Shown piece after piece: positions 1-12,745 of a stretch of 44,520 nucleotides of DNA (positions are counted from its first letter, which is position 1; every line of letters starts with the position of its first letter). The notes under the pieces are model-generated. The model searched no databases. It had not been told where the DNA came from and was given only the letters and a program-made list of their open reading frames with translations. The stretch covers positions 122,318,934 to 122,363,453 of the forward strand of contig NC_068983.1 of NCBI RefSeq assembly GCF_001194135.2, read 5' to 3'. Position numbers and translations under genes: made by a program. This DNA is from Octopus bimaculoides. Taxonomy: Eukaryota.

Positions 1-124
1 GGCCGGGGGCTTTCCCGGTCTTCATACTCTTAATTGCTTTATCTACCCTGGTACTATCAACTCGGATAGCTGGTCCCTCTATTGGGTCGACATACGGCAG
101 GCTCTCTTTCTCCCATTCATTCTC
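1..124 (-). mobile_element. RTE-clade LINE ORF fragment (linker before RT), runs off the window edge
   Basis: Reverse strand reads ENEWEKESLPYVDPIEGPAIRVDSTRVDKAIKSMKTGKAPG, matching the AIxxMKxGKAPGPD motif just before non-LTR RT domains. Confidence 0.75.
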
Positions 125-190
125 TTTATTATATATATAAAATTTTATAACAGAAATAATAATAGGAATGAAAGCCAAACTGTCATGAAA

Positions 191-233
191 CACAATAATA
201 GCAACAACAGCAATAATAATAATAATAATGATG

Positions 234-292
<59 letters not shown>
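191..292. repeat. (AAT)n microsatellite
   Basis: Direct reading; explains the poly-Leu ORF 145-420. Confidence 0.95.
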
Positions 293-294
<2 letters not shown>

Positions 295-299
295 TATAG

Positions 300-1373
300 C
301 ATATGGCAAACTTAAGATAAAATGAAAGAAATAAACATCTCTTGTATAAATAACAAAAATTTCTATAAAAATAGGCCTAATAATAATACTGAATACTTTA
401 TTATCTCGTTTGGTAAACAAATTAGCCCAAATTTTCCGAAATTATTTCATTCAGCGATAAATAATCATTTTCATAAAGTTTGCAAGTATTATAAAATCTC
501 CAGCTTGCACTTGGTAAGAATTGCTTTTTCAAATAGAGAGAACATGGCAGAGATAATAGCAATGCAAAATACGAAAAGATTGAATTATTTCTATGATAAG
601 CAGGTTAACTATAACATAAATATATTACCTAATAGTAATGAAACAAGAGGAGTTAACAAATAAAGATAAAAAGGAAAGCGAACCAAGGGAAATAACTTTT
701 GTAAACACCATCCAAGCATATGAACAGGGAAACAAAAATGCTAAAAAGAGCAGCATAGTAAGAGCAAATATCCAAAATTAAAATACTAACCTAAGACATA
801 GAAACAGTGAAATCAGTAATAATAATAATAATAATAATAGAGACGTTAATAATAACCCAAATAATATATTGGAAAGTGATACTAAAATTGTATGTAAATT
901 AGAAGATAAAAGGGGCAGAAAAAACAAAAGAAATAATCAGGGAAGAAGATAAAAAATTGTGATTGCGCAATAAATAGATTATGTTTCTTTGACTTTAACT
1001 GCAAAACAAAAGAAGCAGTATACAGGTGCAGGGTAATCTGAGAAGATCAGGTATATCATGGCATTGGTGCTTGCAAAACATATATAAAAAGAATTGCCAA
1101 CTACAATAACTCATTTACAGACAGCAAAAAGAGAAATAACACTAGTTTAAGTAAACTAATTTGGTCCTTAAAAGTTAATAAAGTATATAAAATTACCTGG
1201 GAAATAATTAGTAGAGCCAAAACATACAGTAGAGGAAGCAAATGATGTGAATTGTGTGAGTGGAAGAAATTTACCAAATTCTTACACCAAAATTCAAATT
1301 ACTCAGCCATAGAAGTGAGAGTGCCATACATTGTATTCACTAAGCTAAACATACATTTCATAAATTTGAATAA
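300..1373 (+). mobile_element. Degenerate Penelope-like element (RT C-terminal region plus GIY-YIG endonuclease)
   Basis: ORF 322-663 (YFIISFGKQISPNFPKLFHSAINNHFHK...RIAFSNRENMAEII) aligns by eye with the PLE IWFNPPFS...KHFP...SYSCMxNM region. 958-1270 reads CDC...C...VYRCRV..VYHGIG...KRIANYNNSF...NNTSLSKLIWSLK...ITWEIISRAKTYSRGSK*CELCEWK, the PLE GIY-YIG pattern, with internal stops. Confidence 0.85.
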
Positions 1374-1596
1374 TTGCATAATATATAATATTAAAATTAG
1401 ATTTGAAATCAAGTAGACAATAGCAAGTTGAGAAGGTAATTAAATTAAACTCCTAAATAGATTAATCTTTTTCTAGGGATTACAGAACAATTTGAGAATG
1501 AAATTAACGATATCCTTAAATTTTAATAAATGTAATTTAATTATAGAATTAGCAAATTAAATAATAGACTTACAGCTCATTACTAACAATATCAAC

Positions 1597-1752
1597 ACTC
1601 TCAGAGTGGTTGGCATTAGGAAGGGCATCCAGTTGCCAAATCAGATTGGAGCCTGGTGTAGCCATCTGGTTTCACCAGTCCTCAGTCAAATCGTCCAACC
1701 CATGCTAGCATGGAAAGCAGACGTTAAACGACAATGATGATGATGATGATCA
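1597..1752 (+). mobile_element. 3' tail of an RTE-related LINE/SINE repeat ending in (GAT)n
   Basis: gagtggttggcattaggaagggcatccag...ccaacccatgctagcatggaaagcagacgttaaacg followed by a gatgat tail; recognised from memory as a very common octopus repeat. Confidence 0.6.
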
Positions 1753-2254
1753 ACAATAATAATAAGAACAGTTGTGGTAGCAATACTAGGGAGAGGGAGA
1801 ATAATAATAGTAAATAACATACTTAAGGTAACCTGATACTAAGTGTTAATACTATTACTCACCATTTGAGGATGGTCTATATCTGCAGAATACTAAAATT
1901 CCCTGGACAGCTAGTTATTCTGTTTTTAACCAGTAGATTTGAAAAGATCACAATCTAGGCTATTTTTTGAACAATGTCAACACCACATGCATTTCAGCTG
2001 GACTTGTATTTAATTTAGATTCTATCTAAAAAAATGCAGTTAATTCCATCCTGAAGAAGTGGCAACTAACTATAAATGCTCATAAAGATGCAGATTTTGC
2101 AGTGTGCATTACTTTATTACTGCAGAAACATGTGTAGATGCAGAAACGAAAAGAAGTAATTAACTGCTGAATAAAACTGCATATAAATCTCTATTCTCCT
2201 TCATTATATGTATAACCGTTCCTTTATGGGGTTAACATATCCTCTAAATAAATA

Positions 2255-2897
2255 TATAAAGAATCCACTTTTCATCGCAAGTCACAATCCAGTCGAGAAA
2301 CGGGTCATTCTTGTTGCATAAAAGAAGGGAAGACGACACTTCAAAACAGCGTTTTTTGGTTGTCATTCAATTCGTGTGGCACCCATTTCTCAAGTATTTT
2401 TGTTTTTCCAATCTCTTTCAAGTGGTTGGAAATTGCCGTATACGTTACATCTAATTCAAAAGCAAGCTCTCGCAGTTGTGCATGGATTGGCTTCTACTCA
2501 GGCTCATAGCTGATTGTTGTCAACATCTGATGGCCGACCACTAAGCTTATCATCTTCAAGACTCTCGTCACCACTATGAAATTTCTTGAACCACCATTGT
2601 GCTGTACGTTCATTAGTGGTTCCTAGGCCAAACGAGCTATTTCAGCAGCTTTTCGGCCTAGCTTGAATTGGAATAAAAAAATTGTGTGAGTTTGCTTTTT
2701 GTCCATGTTGTATTCAACGTTCCGGAAAAAATGACCTAATTATTCAAAAAGAAAAAGAGTAACACAATTAGATAGAGTGAAAAACGGGCTTTAAAATGAT
2801 ATATAAAGTCAAAGTAATTTAACAAAAATTAATTTGAAAATACATCATTTAAAACCAAAATTAAAAATTCTGCAAGAACTTTCTTGACAACCTAATA
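2255..2897 (-). mobile_element. 5' half of a mariner (Hsmar1/SETMAR-like) transposon, pseudogenised
   Basis: From the ATG at 2706 the minus strand reads MDKKQTHTIFLFQFKLGRKAAE..., then (frameshift) NERTAQWWFKKFHSGDESLEDD..SGRP, KWVPHEL, and IVTCDEKWILY. TIR-like TATTAGGTTGTCAAGAAAG at about 2879-2897. Confidence 0.9.
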
Positions 2898-2980
2898 GAT
2901 AGATAGATGGATGGTTAAATATACAGATAGACGGACAGATAGAAGGATAGATAGATATATGGAGAGAAAGACAGATAGAC

Positions 2981-3017
<37 letters not shown>

Positions 3018-3150
3018 TAGATAGATAGGATAGATGGATAGATAAATAGATACATAAACAAACACATAGAAGGATAGATAAATGGTGAAATAGAGAGAGA
3101 GATAGATGGCTAGATAGATAGATAGATAGTTAGGTAGATAGATAGATACA
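2897..3150. repeat. Compound (GATA)n/(GA)n microsatellite
   Basis: Direct reading. Confidence 0.9.
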
Positions 3151-5545
3151 TGGATGGTATCTACTGGTGGTGTGTGATCTGTGTATAGCTTTGTTGCTGG
3201 TTCTGGTTCAAGTATAACTTAACATGTGTGAGCACTTTCGGATCTGTAATCCTTCATCAGACCTTCCATGGTGGTTACTACTGGCATTGGTAAAAGGCTC
3301 CAGAGGTAGTAAATGAATTTCCAGCCATCAAGCTAATTCCATTACCCTGTTGTCTCTCTGTACTAAATACAGAAGCAGCTTGTCTAATGTTTTTTTTATT
3401 TAAACAGCCTACACAAAGCAACTTTTATAAACTAGTTACTACAACAAAATTCAAGAGTGCATTTTGCACCAAAAGCCAATATGAAAGTTTCTCTCATGGT
3501 ATCTACTGCAGTATATAGTTTGTTCTAACATCCATGTTTAAGTGGGGATAAATATTACCTCTCAGTATTAATACTGCCTCCATTGCTAATATATATTTCA
3601 CTAATCTATATTTGTGGGAATAGTTTAAGGAATGTTTCCTTTAAGGTTAATATTCAATCACTGAAACACTTCTACTTTGTAGGGTTGAATCTGATCCTTG
3701 GCTTGGAGACTCCAATATCTCTAGTCTTCATGTTTTTCAGTCTTATTCACCTCACCATAATCAAACCCCGTTGAGAAAATTCTTTCTGTTCTTAGCAGAG
3801 TTTAACACTCAAGAGAAAAAATAATGGGTTCATGAAAGTACTTTAGTGGATACTAAAAATGCAAACTCATGGAAAAGCAGTTTGATGAAATTTCTAAATA
3901 TCAAAAGCTATCTCACTATTTTACAATGTCAAGTTTGTCAACATCTACAGATGAAACAATTCAACCGAGAACCAATAAAACCAGTGATAACATACAAACT
4001 ATGGGAGCTCCTAGTACATTCAGTCCACATGCAGATGATGCTTATAGCGATGAACATGAAAGTATTACAGAACAAGAAGAGAGAGAACAGAAATATGACC
4101 CCCAAGCAAATTCAGTTATTTCAGAGATTACAATGACCTCACAAACTAGTTCATACAGAGTTGTTTAATGCAAGAAGTCATAAATACCATGGATAAATTC
4201 CTTGATTAACAACAGCAAAAATGATATAGATAGAACAGAAAAAAAACATTACATTAAATAAAGACTTAGGGGATTTTAATGTGCTAGTTGTATGTGATTC
4301 ATGTCTTGCATCTACACTGGAGATTACAAAGAAAGAAAAGAGAGCCTGCCCAGCAGACAAGAACCTTGGTTTGGAGGCTGACATGCTTGCTTCAGAAGTT
4401 TCTTTCTGAGCCTTCTAAAGGATGCAGAGGCATCCCTGAGACAATTTTGAATAATTTCCTCATCCAACATGCAATCACTAGAAATGATGTTGCCTTGAAT
4501 GTGGCTAGTTGTTGCTGTTGTATTGAGAAAGAGGAGAGGAGGAAAGATGGTGTAGTTTTCTGGATATTATCTGTCAACCCCATTCTTCCAAAAGTTTTAT
4601 TGCTACTTATTTTCCCATCGAATATTGTCTATGTACAATTTAGATATCTCACCTCAGACCTTGAAAACTTCCTCTATTTTGTTTCTTTAAACTAGGCATA
4701 GGCAACATTTATAAGAAAGGTGAGCTGCATGAGACATGGCTCATCATCAAGCAGGTTGCACTATTAAAAACCTGAAAGTAATTTTTTGTCAGATAGCCTT
4801 GTGGGTCAGAGCTTGCCCATGACTGCTTTAAACTGTACAAAAACACTGTCGATGAATTTTCCTTTCATGAACAACTCATAACTAAATTTTTTGCAAACTT
4901 TTCAAATGCTGGACATCATGATTTCTTATCTCTAATGGCAACAATCCATGTATAGCATTGTTAAAGTTGCATTTCTAAGCTTCTAAAGTCAGAAAATATT
5001 TCAGCCTTGCTTAATTGTTGGCCTACATATAATACAGGTGTGACTCATATTAATATACCAATCATATATCTGGATGGTGCTGTTGTTATTCACAGAAGTA
5101 CCCTTGACAACATTTCATTCAACAGTACACTGCAACTCATACTACAATGGCTTCAATTCCTTTCAAATAGCTGGCTGCATCACCTATACAAGTCTATCCA
5201 ATACATCTGCCTCTACCTATGCTTCATATCTTTACTTTGTCTCTTCCCTGAACACTGATAGGCAACTTTGTCTAATCCTTTTTACCAAGAATTCATGCCT
5301 TCTGAAATAAGCTCCCTGCTCATGTTTTTTCATTGGCATCAAACACCAGAAGTTCATGCAGAACACTTATTATGTTAACCTCATTTAAGGAGGAAGGCTT
5401 GTAAAGGTCATTGGATTTTCCTTTTTCTCCTTTGGCTGTATAAAATAGAAATATTTCTCCTCTAAATTATGTTTTATAAATGTATATGTGAATGAATATC
5501 AAGTGTGAAATAATTTTTTTCAACATAGTATTTTTCTGTTTTCAG

Positions 5546-5751
5546 GGTACTTCTATTCAACAGACATTTCTCAAATTTGGCGTGTTGCTGAAAAGCTAGA
5601 GACTGGGATTGTTGGTGTCAATGAAAGTTTGTTATCTGCTGCTGAATGTCCATTTGGAGGAGTTAAGGAATCAGGTATTGGACGAGAAGGGGGGAAATTT
5701 GGTGTTGATGAGTTTTTAGAAATAAAATATGTGTGTATGGGAGGGCTTTAA
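5546..5751 (+). CDS. ALDH5A1: Succinate-semialdehyde dehydrogenase, terminal coding exon
   Basis: Acceptor tttttctgttttcAG at 5545 (phase 1). Translation [68 protein letters not shown] closely matches the SSADH C-terminus (PFGGVKxSG.GREG, KYVCxGGL). TAA at 5749-5751. Confidence 0.93.
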
Positions 5752-8317
5752 ATGAAAATATTTATAATATAAAAAATGTCCAAAATAGATTTACAAGTGA
5801 AATATTTTTATTTTTATCCATTGAATAGGGATCGGATAGCTCTTGATTGATTCTGATTTACAGGAATTGTTGGAGTAAGTGGATGTGAAACCTGATGCCC
5901 ATTCTAACATTAACCATTCAACAAAATTGGGCATAATACATATTTTCTTAGCTAAACTGAATTTCATAGAATAATGTTCATTGCTAGCAATCTATACAAT
6001 TATATATTCTGAAATGAAACACAGATGATTTTTGAATCTTGAAATACATATAATTTATAATTAATATCCTTTTTATTTATTCTGTGTATATGAGAAAATA
6101 AATGTACTGACTAAATGATACAGGAAATTTCTGTGATGATTTAACTTTCTATAAAAAATTGGACTTGCATTTTCTACATTGATGTTTATCATTTTACTTG
6201 ATAATGTTAAAGATGCTAATATATTATAAATATAGATATATTGAGAAAATATGGCTTTTTTTTTTATTTGAAATATATTCTCTATAACACTGATCTGATT
6301 TGGGTGCAAGGCTTATATTTGTTTTAAGTTTATATTTCATTAGCTCCCGAGAAATAAAAGGCAAAGTTGGCCCTAGTAGGATTTTAACTTGGACATTTTA
6401 GAAATAAAAGTTCAACTACTTTAATTTATTTAGTTTCCTGTCTGTTGATTCAATTATAGCAACTATTTTAAGTGTTTTTGTAATATTAGCAAGTTACAAA
6501 CAAGTCAATGGAGCATTATACTTTGCTCTTTTCCAATTTGTTAAGGTTGCTAAAAACAAACAAAAAAACCATCCAATTTTAGCACATCATCAAGTGATTA
6601 CACTTAATGACAAATTTTCATTCCACAAATTTAAAACAGACTTATTGAATCAAAACTTTTCACTTCCAAAATACATTTAAATATATTGCTTTTTATAAAT
6701 TACAAGCAGACAGTTTAGATTCTTTGTCATAGGATGACAAGAGGATTAGGTATAGTTGATATCAGTTTAGTAAAAATTAATAACCTTGTTTTGTAAAGTT
6801 TAAATGTTTGCATTCCAAGTAGAATACATACAGCTTACACATAAGTCATGAGTTGTTTATCAACAGTAGAGGAATTATGCAATTCTTTTCTAGAAAATGA
6901 ACAACATGTGTGTTTTAATGTTGATAATTGAATACCATTTGTGAATATGTTCAAAGTGAAGATTGTTGGTTGTGAATCAGAGTAACAGATCTCTCACTAT
7001 CTCTTTATGAAATATGTAAATACATATCTACATCTTAGCTCTAAGTGCGCTGGTAAATGATAGGCTAAAGACTGAATACCCAGTTGAGTCTAGCATCAAC
7101 CATAACAATGTTTCTGAATTTTTTTCTTCATAGTAATCAATATGGTGTATTGATTTTATTTACTGTATTTTTCAAATGAACATATATTGTTGATTCAGTT
7201 ACATCTACTAACCTAAATGTTTCTGTAATTTTATTAACTATTGTTTTACTGAGACATTAAAACCTGTCCAATTGTTTGATGGGATAGAAGCACTAATCTG
7301 TTGTTATATTTTCTATTTTGCTACTTATGAAACTTTTTCAGGGTAGATTTATATTTTATTTGACTGGTAAATATCTTTTTCTTTTGTTATATGTCTAGCA
7401 ATAAAACCATAGTGACAAAACTTTGTATTTCAATGATAATTATTTTTAAAGACATTAATGTTATTTTTTTCTTTGATTAAAACTATTCTGATGGAAAAAC
7501 TCAAAAGCTGTTTGTTAATTTGCATTATTACTACAATTAGTGGTAAGCCATCTGACTACAGAAAATCTAATTAAAGGAAATACCAAACTTCCAAATTTAT
7601 CAAGAAAATTATTACAAATCAAATCAAATTCTAATTTTAAGGGATGCATTAATATTGGCCATATATGACAACTTTTTACAACTTGTAAAAGAAAAATCAA
7701 AAGAACAAAAACAAATGAAAACTTTTAATTGTTTACTTAATTAATAACTGTTGGATTGTCAAATGTTAAGCTATTAAGTTTTTCTGTTGTAAAACAAAAT
7801 ATCTTTGTTACTTAGTTATTCATGCCAAAAGATAGATAATATTACATTATTGATATTTTTCTCTTTATATTCTGAGCTCAATTCCTGCTGAGATTGACTT
7901 GACCTTTTATTGCTCTGATGATAAAAACGATCAAGTTAAGTACTGGGGTTAAATTCATTATTTACATTCATTCCTCCAAAATGTTAAACTGTGTAATAAT
8001 GTTAAAAATTGTTATATGTGTCAAATTATCATGAATCAAGTACAATAAAATCAGGAATCATAGGAAATTGGTGGTTGTCTGCATTGGGAAAATTTAATCC
8101 TTAAAAATTCATTGAAGGAAAATTTCAATGAGTTGATTACTCAACAATTCAGACACTTGTCTTTCTTTAGAGAGACTATTGTGGCTTTATCAGTTTAGTT
8201 ACATAAATGCAGACGAGAAGCTGAAAGAAGCGGTGGAGTGATATGGAGAGAAAGATTTGGGGAGAGAGGAGGGAAAAGACAGTGTTAATACTTTTTCAGA
8301 TCAGTATAGTGAGAAGA

Positions 8318-8701
8318 GTGAAGGTGCAATGGTCTAGTGGTTAGGGTAGCAGACTTGTAGTCGGAGGATCGCGGTTTCGATTTCCAGACCGGGCGTTGTG
8401 ACTGTTTATTGAGCGAAAACACCTAAAGCTCCACAAGGCTCCGGCAGGGGATGGTGGCGAACCCTGCTGTACTCTTTCACCACAACTTTCTCTCACTCTT
8501 ACTTCCTGTTTCTGTTGTGCCTGTAATTCAAAGGGCCAGCCTTGTCACACTGTGTCACGCTGAATATCCCCGAGAACTACGTTAAGGGTATACGTGTCTG
8601 TGGAGTGCTCAGCCATTTGCATGTTAATTTCACGAGCAGGCTGTTCCGTTGATCGGATCAACTGGAACCCTCGATGTTGTAAGCGACGGAGTGCCAACAA
8701 C
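8318..8701 (+). mobile_element. Full-length tRNA-derived SINE (type A) with 12 bp TSD
   Basis: A box (tggtctagtgg) and B box (ggtttcgatttcc) in the head; tail ends cgacggagtgccaacaac. TSD atagtgagaaga at 8306-8317 and 8702-8713. Homologous copy at 40262-40641 (-). Confidence 0.9.
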
Positions 8702-9029
8702 ATAGTGAGAAGACAATGTCGCAGAATATAGTGTAATAAAGTAATATCTGAAATCTGAAGGAACTGGTTGTGCTCTATGATCAAGTTATAGCTATTAAGA
8801 CACATAGAAACAAAATAACACATAACTTTAAATTGTGACTGCCTGTGAAACAGATAAGTGCAGTTGTGTGTGTGAAAACTGAAAACTGAAAACTGGAGCC
8901 ATGAAAACTAACTGAAAACTGGAGCCATGAATTAGTAAATTGTTAAAAACAAATCAATAAGGTTTAACACATTTTAAAACTTGAAATTAACCTGCAAAAA
9001 TAACCTTTAGTTAATTAACATTTGTTTTT

Positions 9030-9430
9030 GGATGTATTCTTTGTAGTAACAGCAAGTTGTGATAAACAATAATCAGCCAACATAAAAGAGCTCCTCTTTC
9101 CTTGGTACCAAGTTTCTATATTCAGAATGTCCTGGTGAAACCTCTTGCCATGCTCATCATTGAGAGCCCCAACATTTGCAGAGAAAGAGCCCAAGAGAGA
9201 GTTCAAGAAGCAAATTTTTAGGCTCATATTGCATCCCAAGGCCTTGTATGATGTCTGTAGCTCTTTCATAATGCCAGAATAGTTCTCTGCTCTGTGATTC
9301 CCCCAAAACTCTTTGCAAAATTCCTTAAATGACAGCTATGCAGCTTTTACAACATCATTGAGCTCTTCGTCAAACTTTTGGTCTCTCATCAGCTCCCTAA
9401 TCTGTGGACTAACAAAAATACCTTTCTTGA
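9030..9430 (-). mobile_element. DNA transposase C-terminal remnant, probably Chapaev-3 (CMC) type
   Basis: Minus strand reads GIFVSPQIRELM...FWGNHRAENY...YKALGCNMSLKICFLNS....GALNDEHGKRFHQDI..IETWYQGK...MLADYC, matching the widespread LGCNMSLKxHFLHSH...SDEQGERFHQD transposase family. The superfamily label is from memory. Confidence 0.7.
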
Positions 9431-9856
9431 TTTTTACATCACTTACTCATGGAAATTTAGTTTTCAAATTGTTGTGTGGACACGCCCAGTCGATAAGTAG
9501 GCTAGTCCAATACGTATAAATAGCTAGACGAAAAGCGTAGAGGAGAGCAGAAGAGCGGGAGAGCAAGACGGAGCCGTCAGTAGTTTATGTTGAATTGTTG
9601 CCATTGTAAATTGAATTGTTTGAATTGTTGCCATTGTTGAATTGCTAATTGTTGCTTTGTTTCCCCTTGTGGGAAAATGGAGAAGGAACAGGAGGTAGGC
9701 TCAGGTTATGCAGCCACAACGGGCAAAGGAGTAGTCACTACGTTTGTGTAACAGATATTTTGGTTGGATTATATAGTCATTGGTGTTACATTACATTCTA
9801 TATTCTGTAACTGTCACAATATACTTTTCTAGGCCTGAAAGTTTTGTGGGGAGGGT

Positions 9857-9970
9857 ACCAGTTGATTAGATCGACCTCAGTACACAACTGGTACTTAATT
9901 TATTGACCCCAAAAAGACGAAAGGCAAAGTCGACCTCGGTAGAATTTGAATTCAGAACATAAAGACAGAC
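9857..9970 (-). mobile_element. Fragment of a second tRNA-derived SINE family (same family as 26675-26890)
   Basis: Shares gtcgactttgccttt...ataaattaagtaccagttg with the SINE at 26675-26890. Confidence 0.7.
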
Positions 9971-10066
9971 TGTCATAATATACAAACATTTCTCATGGCA
10001 CTAGTACACTATTTACAGATGCTTACATTTTTTATATTTTTCGTGAATTTTTCACAGGTCCAGCTA

Positions 10067-10067
<1 letters not shown>

Positions 10068-10108
<41 letters not shown>

Positions 10109-10150
10109 TTTTAATTTTTTATTAATATTATTTTTATTATTATTATTATT
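10068..10150. repeat. (TTA)n microsatellite
   Basis: Direct reading. Confidence 0.9.
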
Positions 10151-10599
10151 AAGTCAATATGAAGAGCACGATGTCATTGCAATAAATATTTTATTGGTTT
10201 GAATGATATTTTGACAGTCTGGTTATTTATGAGTAAGTGACAATGAGCTGGAAAACATAATAATAATAATAATAATAGTGATGATAATAATAATAAATGC
10301 TCTGATGCAGTACCAGGCAGTGGCTCTCATGGTTTCTGATGTTAACAGATTGGAAGTGTTATCAGGTACATTGTTTTGTCTTGGTACAAAAGATGGGCTG
10401 CAGCAAATATTCTACTCAATACTACAGATTTGCTTGTCAGTTGTTTGACCTTAACTAGTTGAGCATGTCCCTTAGTAGCCGACGATATGTACATCTCTGA
10501 TCACGAGCAGAAGTAGTACGGGAACATCATAGTCATGTGTTGAAAGAAATTCTTTGAGGTTTGAATAGTTCACATCTGGAAACATGGGTCTTTCGTTCA

Positions 10600-12481
10600 A
10601 CATCCTTAACCCTTATTCAGAGTATAACCTCCACCTCACGCATTACATCATTGAGAGGGTAGAAAAGGATCCTGGCATAGATGGAGCCCTGATTAATTTG
10701 GATCAGTTAAAAGCTTTTGATAGGATCGATCACCAGTACTTGGAGGCACCAATGCTTCAGAGGCTGAATCGCTACAATGCACAGCGATATCTGTTCGCTT
10801 GTCAAAGTGAATGGCTACCTGTCGGAATCGTTTAGCATCGCACGTTCGGTCTGTTAGGGATGCCTACTCTCACCTCTTCTGTATGTGCTGGCTCTCGAGC
10901 TATTGCTACGATAGCTGGATGTTTCGAGGGGCATCTCGGGTGAATTAGAATGCAGTAGGTTCGTGTCGGCTTTTGCGAACGATGTCACTGTAATAGTGTC
11001 GGTCATCTTGAAAATCGAGGTGATTGGCACTACCTCAAGAAAGTACGATGCGATGACAGGAACAAAAATAAGCCAGAAGTCAGTGGACCAGTAGCTCGGT
11101 ACCTGGAGAGGCAGGTCCATACCAACCGACTACGTCGTAGGGTGGTGGGCGGAAGGACCGGTTAAATTGCTCGGGTTCTGGTTTGGTCCGGACATCCAGG
11201 TGAATAAGTACTGGGTGGGGGGAGTGATGAACAGGGTGACCAGTCTCACCCAGAAATGGACAGAGAGGAAGCTGTCTCTGAAAGGTCGGACGGAGGTGGT
11301 GAATGCTTACATCGCTTCTGTAATCTACTACCGCCTGACCGTCGCCCCTCGCCTTACTTCGTGGCTGATCAAGCTGGAACACTTACTCTTCCACTTTCAG
11401 TGGAATTGACGTTTTCCGCTCGTCAGACGGTCCATCTGTTGTCAGTAGTCGCTGAGTGGAGGACTGGGCATGCCGTGGCTGTTGACGTACAGACATGTGA
11501 TGAGGCTACGACATCTCCAGCGTTTCCATAACGGTGAGCAGGTGTAGTCGTCGGACAGGATTTTTTGCAGCTCGTCTCATTGACGGATATACAGTCCTGG
11601 TTAATCTTTGCTCCTGTTACCGCATCGTACTCAATTAGGGTAGAGCTAATCACCCTGATTTCCTAGATGTCTGACAATGCGGTCGATGGAAGTTCTACAT
11701 TGAAATTCTATAGTGGTGGGCAAGAGCAACGACGTCCTCGAAGAAGTTCTGGACGTCGATAAAGATCAATTAATTGGGCTTTTCTGAAAACTTTCGGGCC
11801 GGGGTTTATGGATAATTTCCAGAAATCCCTGGCTTGGCAGTGCTACTGGGGAGCTCTGCGTTTCGAAGTTTTGTCAGACGGACCTGTCCGGGATGTGCAC
11901 AGGACAATGAAACCGTTCTGCGTGCACTCGTCCAGTGTCCGAGCATTGCTGGCGTGTAGGGCCTTGTAGAACAGTTGTCGATGCGTTGTCAGCCGTGTCC
12001 ATTTTGAGGATCGCTCTGCCGCTTGTTTTTGGCCGTGAAGGGCAGACAGTTTCCCTGTCTGGAGGCTATGGTGGAAGAGGTAGTGAAATGGACGAGGTGG
12101 AAAGGACTGAAGACTGGTACTTTCCTCTTCGACCAGGCCATCATCGATTTTTTCATGTTCCACTTGAAACGGAAAGTGAGAGTGGAGATGGAAGTGCTGT
12201 TCCACCAGTATTTTTGTTGAAAGGTGGATGAATTTGGCGAGGATGGCCCGTGTGAACGTACGCCTCGAGGCCGGATGGGAAGAGGAAAAGAGAGGTTCCT
12301 GTCTGATGTGACCTTGGGGGTCGGGGTGAACAGAATGTGTAGGATTCCTTGGTTGGATCTGGGTGGAACTCCCCCTTTTGATTAAATTTTGTTGTCATTA
12401 TTTTCATTGTATACAGGTGTTTTTGTGCTAATCACCACCTGTCCTCCGGAATTTCAGGCCTTGTGCCTTTAGTAGAAAGGA
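10600..12481 (+). mobile_element. Tx1/L1-clade LINE, 5'-truncated and degenerate (RT to 3' end), followed by (TTC)n
   Basis: Motifs across frames: LINLDQLKAFDRIDHQYL, GCLLSPLLYVLALE, AFANDVTV (YADD-like), VKLLGFWFG...WTERKLSLKGR.EVVNAYIASVIYY, GGLGMP, and a decayed C-terminal zinc-binding region. Many frameshifts. Confidence 0.85.
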
Positions 12482-12556
12482 TTCTTCTTCTTCTTCTTCT
12501 TCTTCTTCTTCTTCTTCTTCTTCTTCTTCTTCTTCTTCTTCTTCTTCTTCTTCTTC
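12482..12556. repeat. (TTC)n microsatellite
   Basis: Direct reading; explains the poly-E/poly-R/poly-L ORFs. Confidence 0.95.
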
Positions 12557-12745
12557 TCTCCGCTTTAGCAAAGGCAGAGGTACTGTTTTCAGTTGTGTTT
12601 GTTTGTTTGTTTGTCCGTGGACAAGATATCTCAAGAACTGCTGGATGGATTCGGATGAAACTTTCAGGGATGTTTGGCCTCGTGACTGGCATGAACTGAT
12701 TAGATTTTGGGATCGATCTGGTACCGGACAAGGATTCTGGATTAT
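12557..12745. mobile_element. Non-autonomous Helentron/HINE-like repeat
   Basis: Terminal hairpin ctccgcttt-agc-aaaggcagag, then (gttt)n, then ...ggatggattcggatgaaactttcaggg..., the layout of HINE/DINE-like elements. Family assignment is from memory. Confidence 0.5.

Noticed and set aside
145-420. Poly-Leu ORF; likewise poly-E/R/L ORFs at 12428-12893 and His/Thr or Cys/Val ORFs at 23140-23419 and 28416-28940
   Set aside because: Translations of microsatellites.
1-5545. Upstream ALDH5A1 exon (expected TEEEAIxIAN...GLA)
   Set aside because: No such peptide with splice sites found by eye; probably left of the window.
8318-8400. tRNA-like sequences (also 13671, about 17530-17602, about 40560-40641)
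   Set aside because: A/B boxes are present but they continue into SINE bodies, three with TSDs; not tRNA genes.
9470-9790. Possible solo LTR (TG...CA ends, TATAAATA at about 9515)
   Set aside because: No matching TSD for any end combination I tried, and no second copy in the window.
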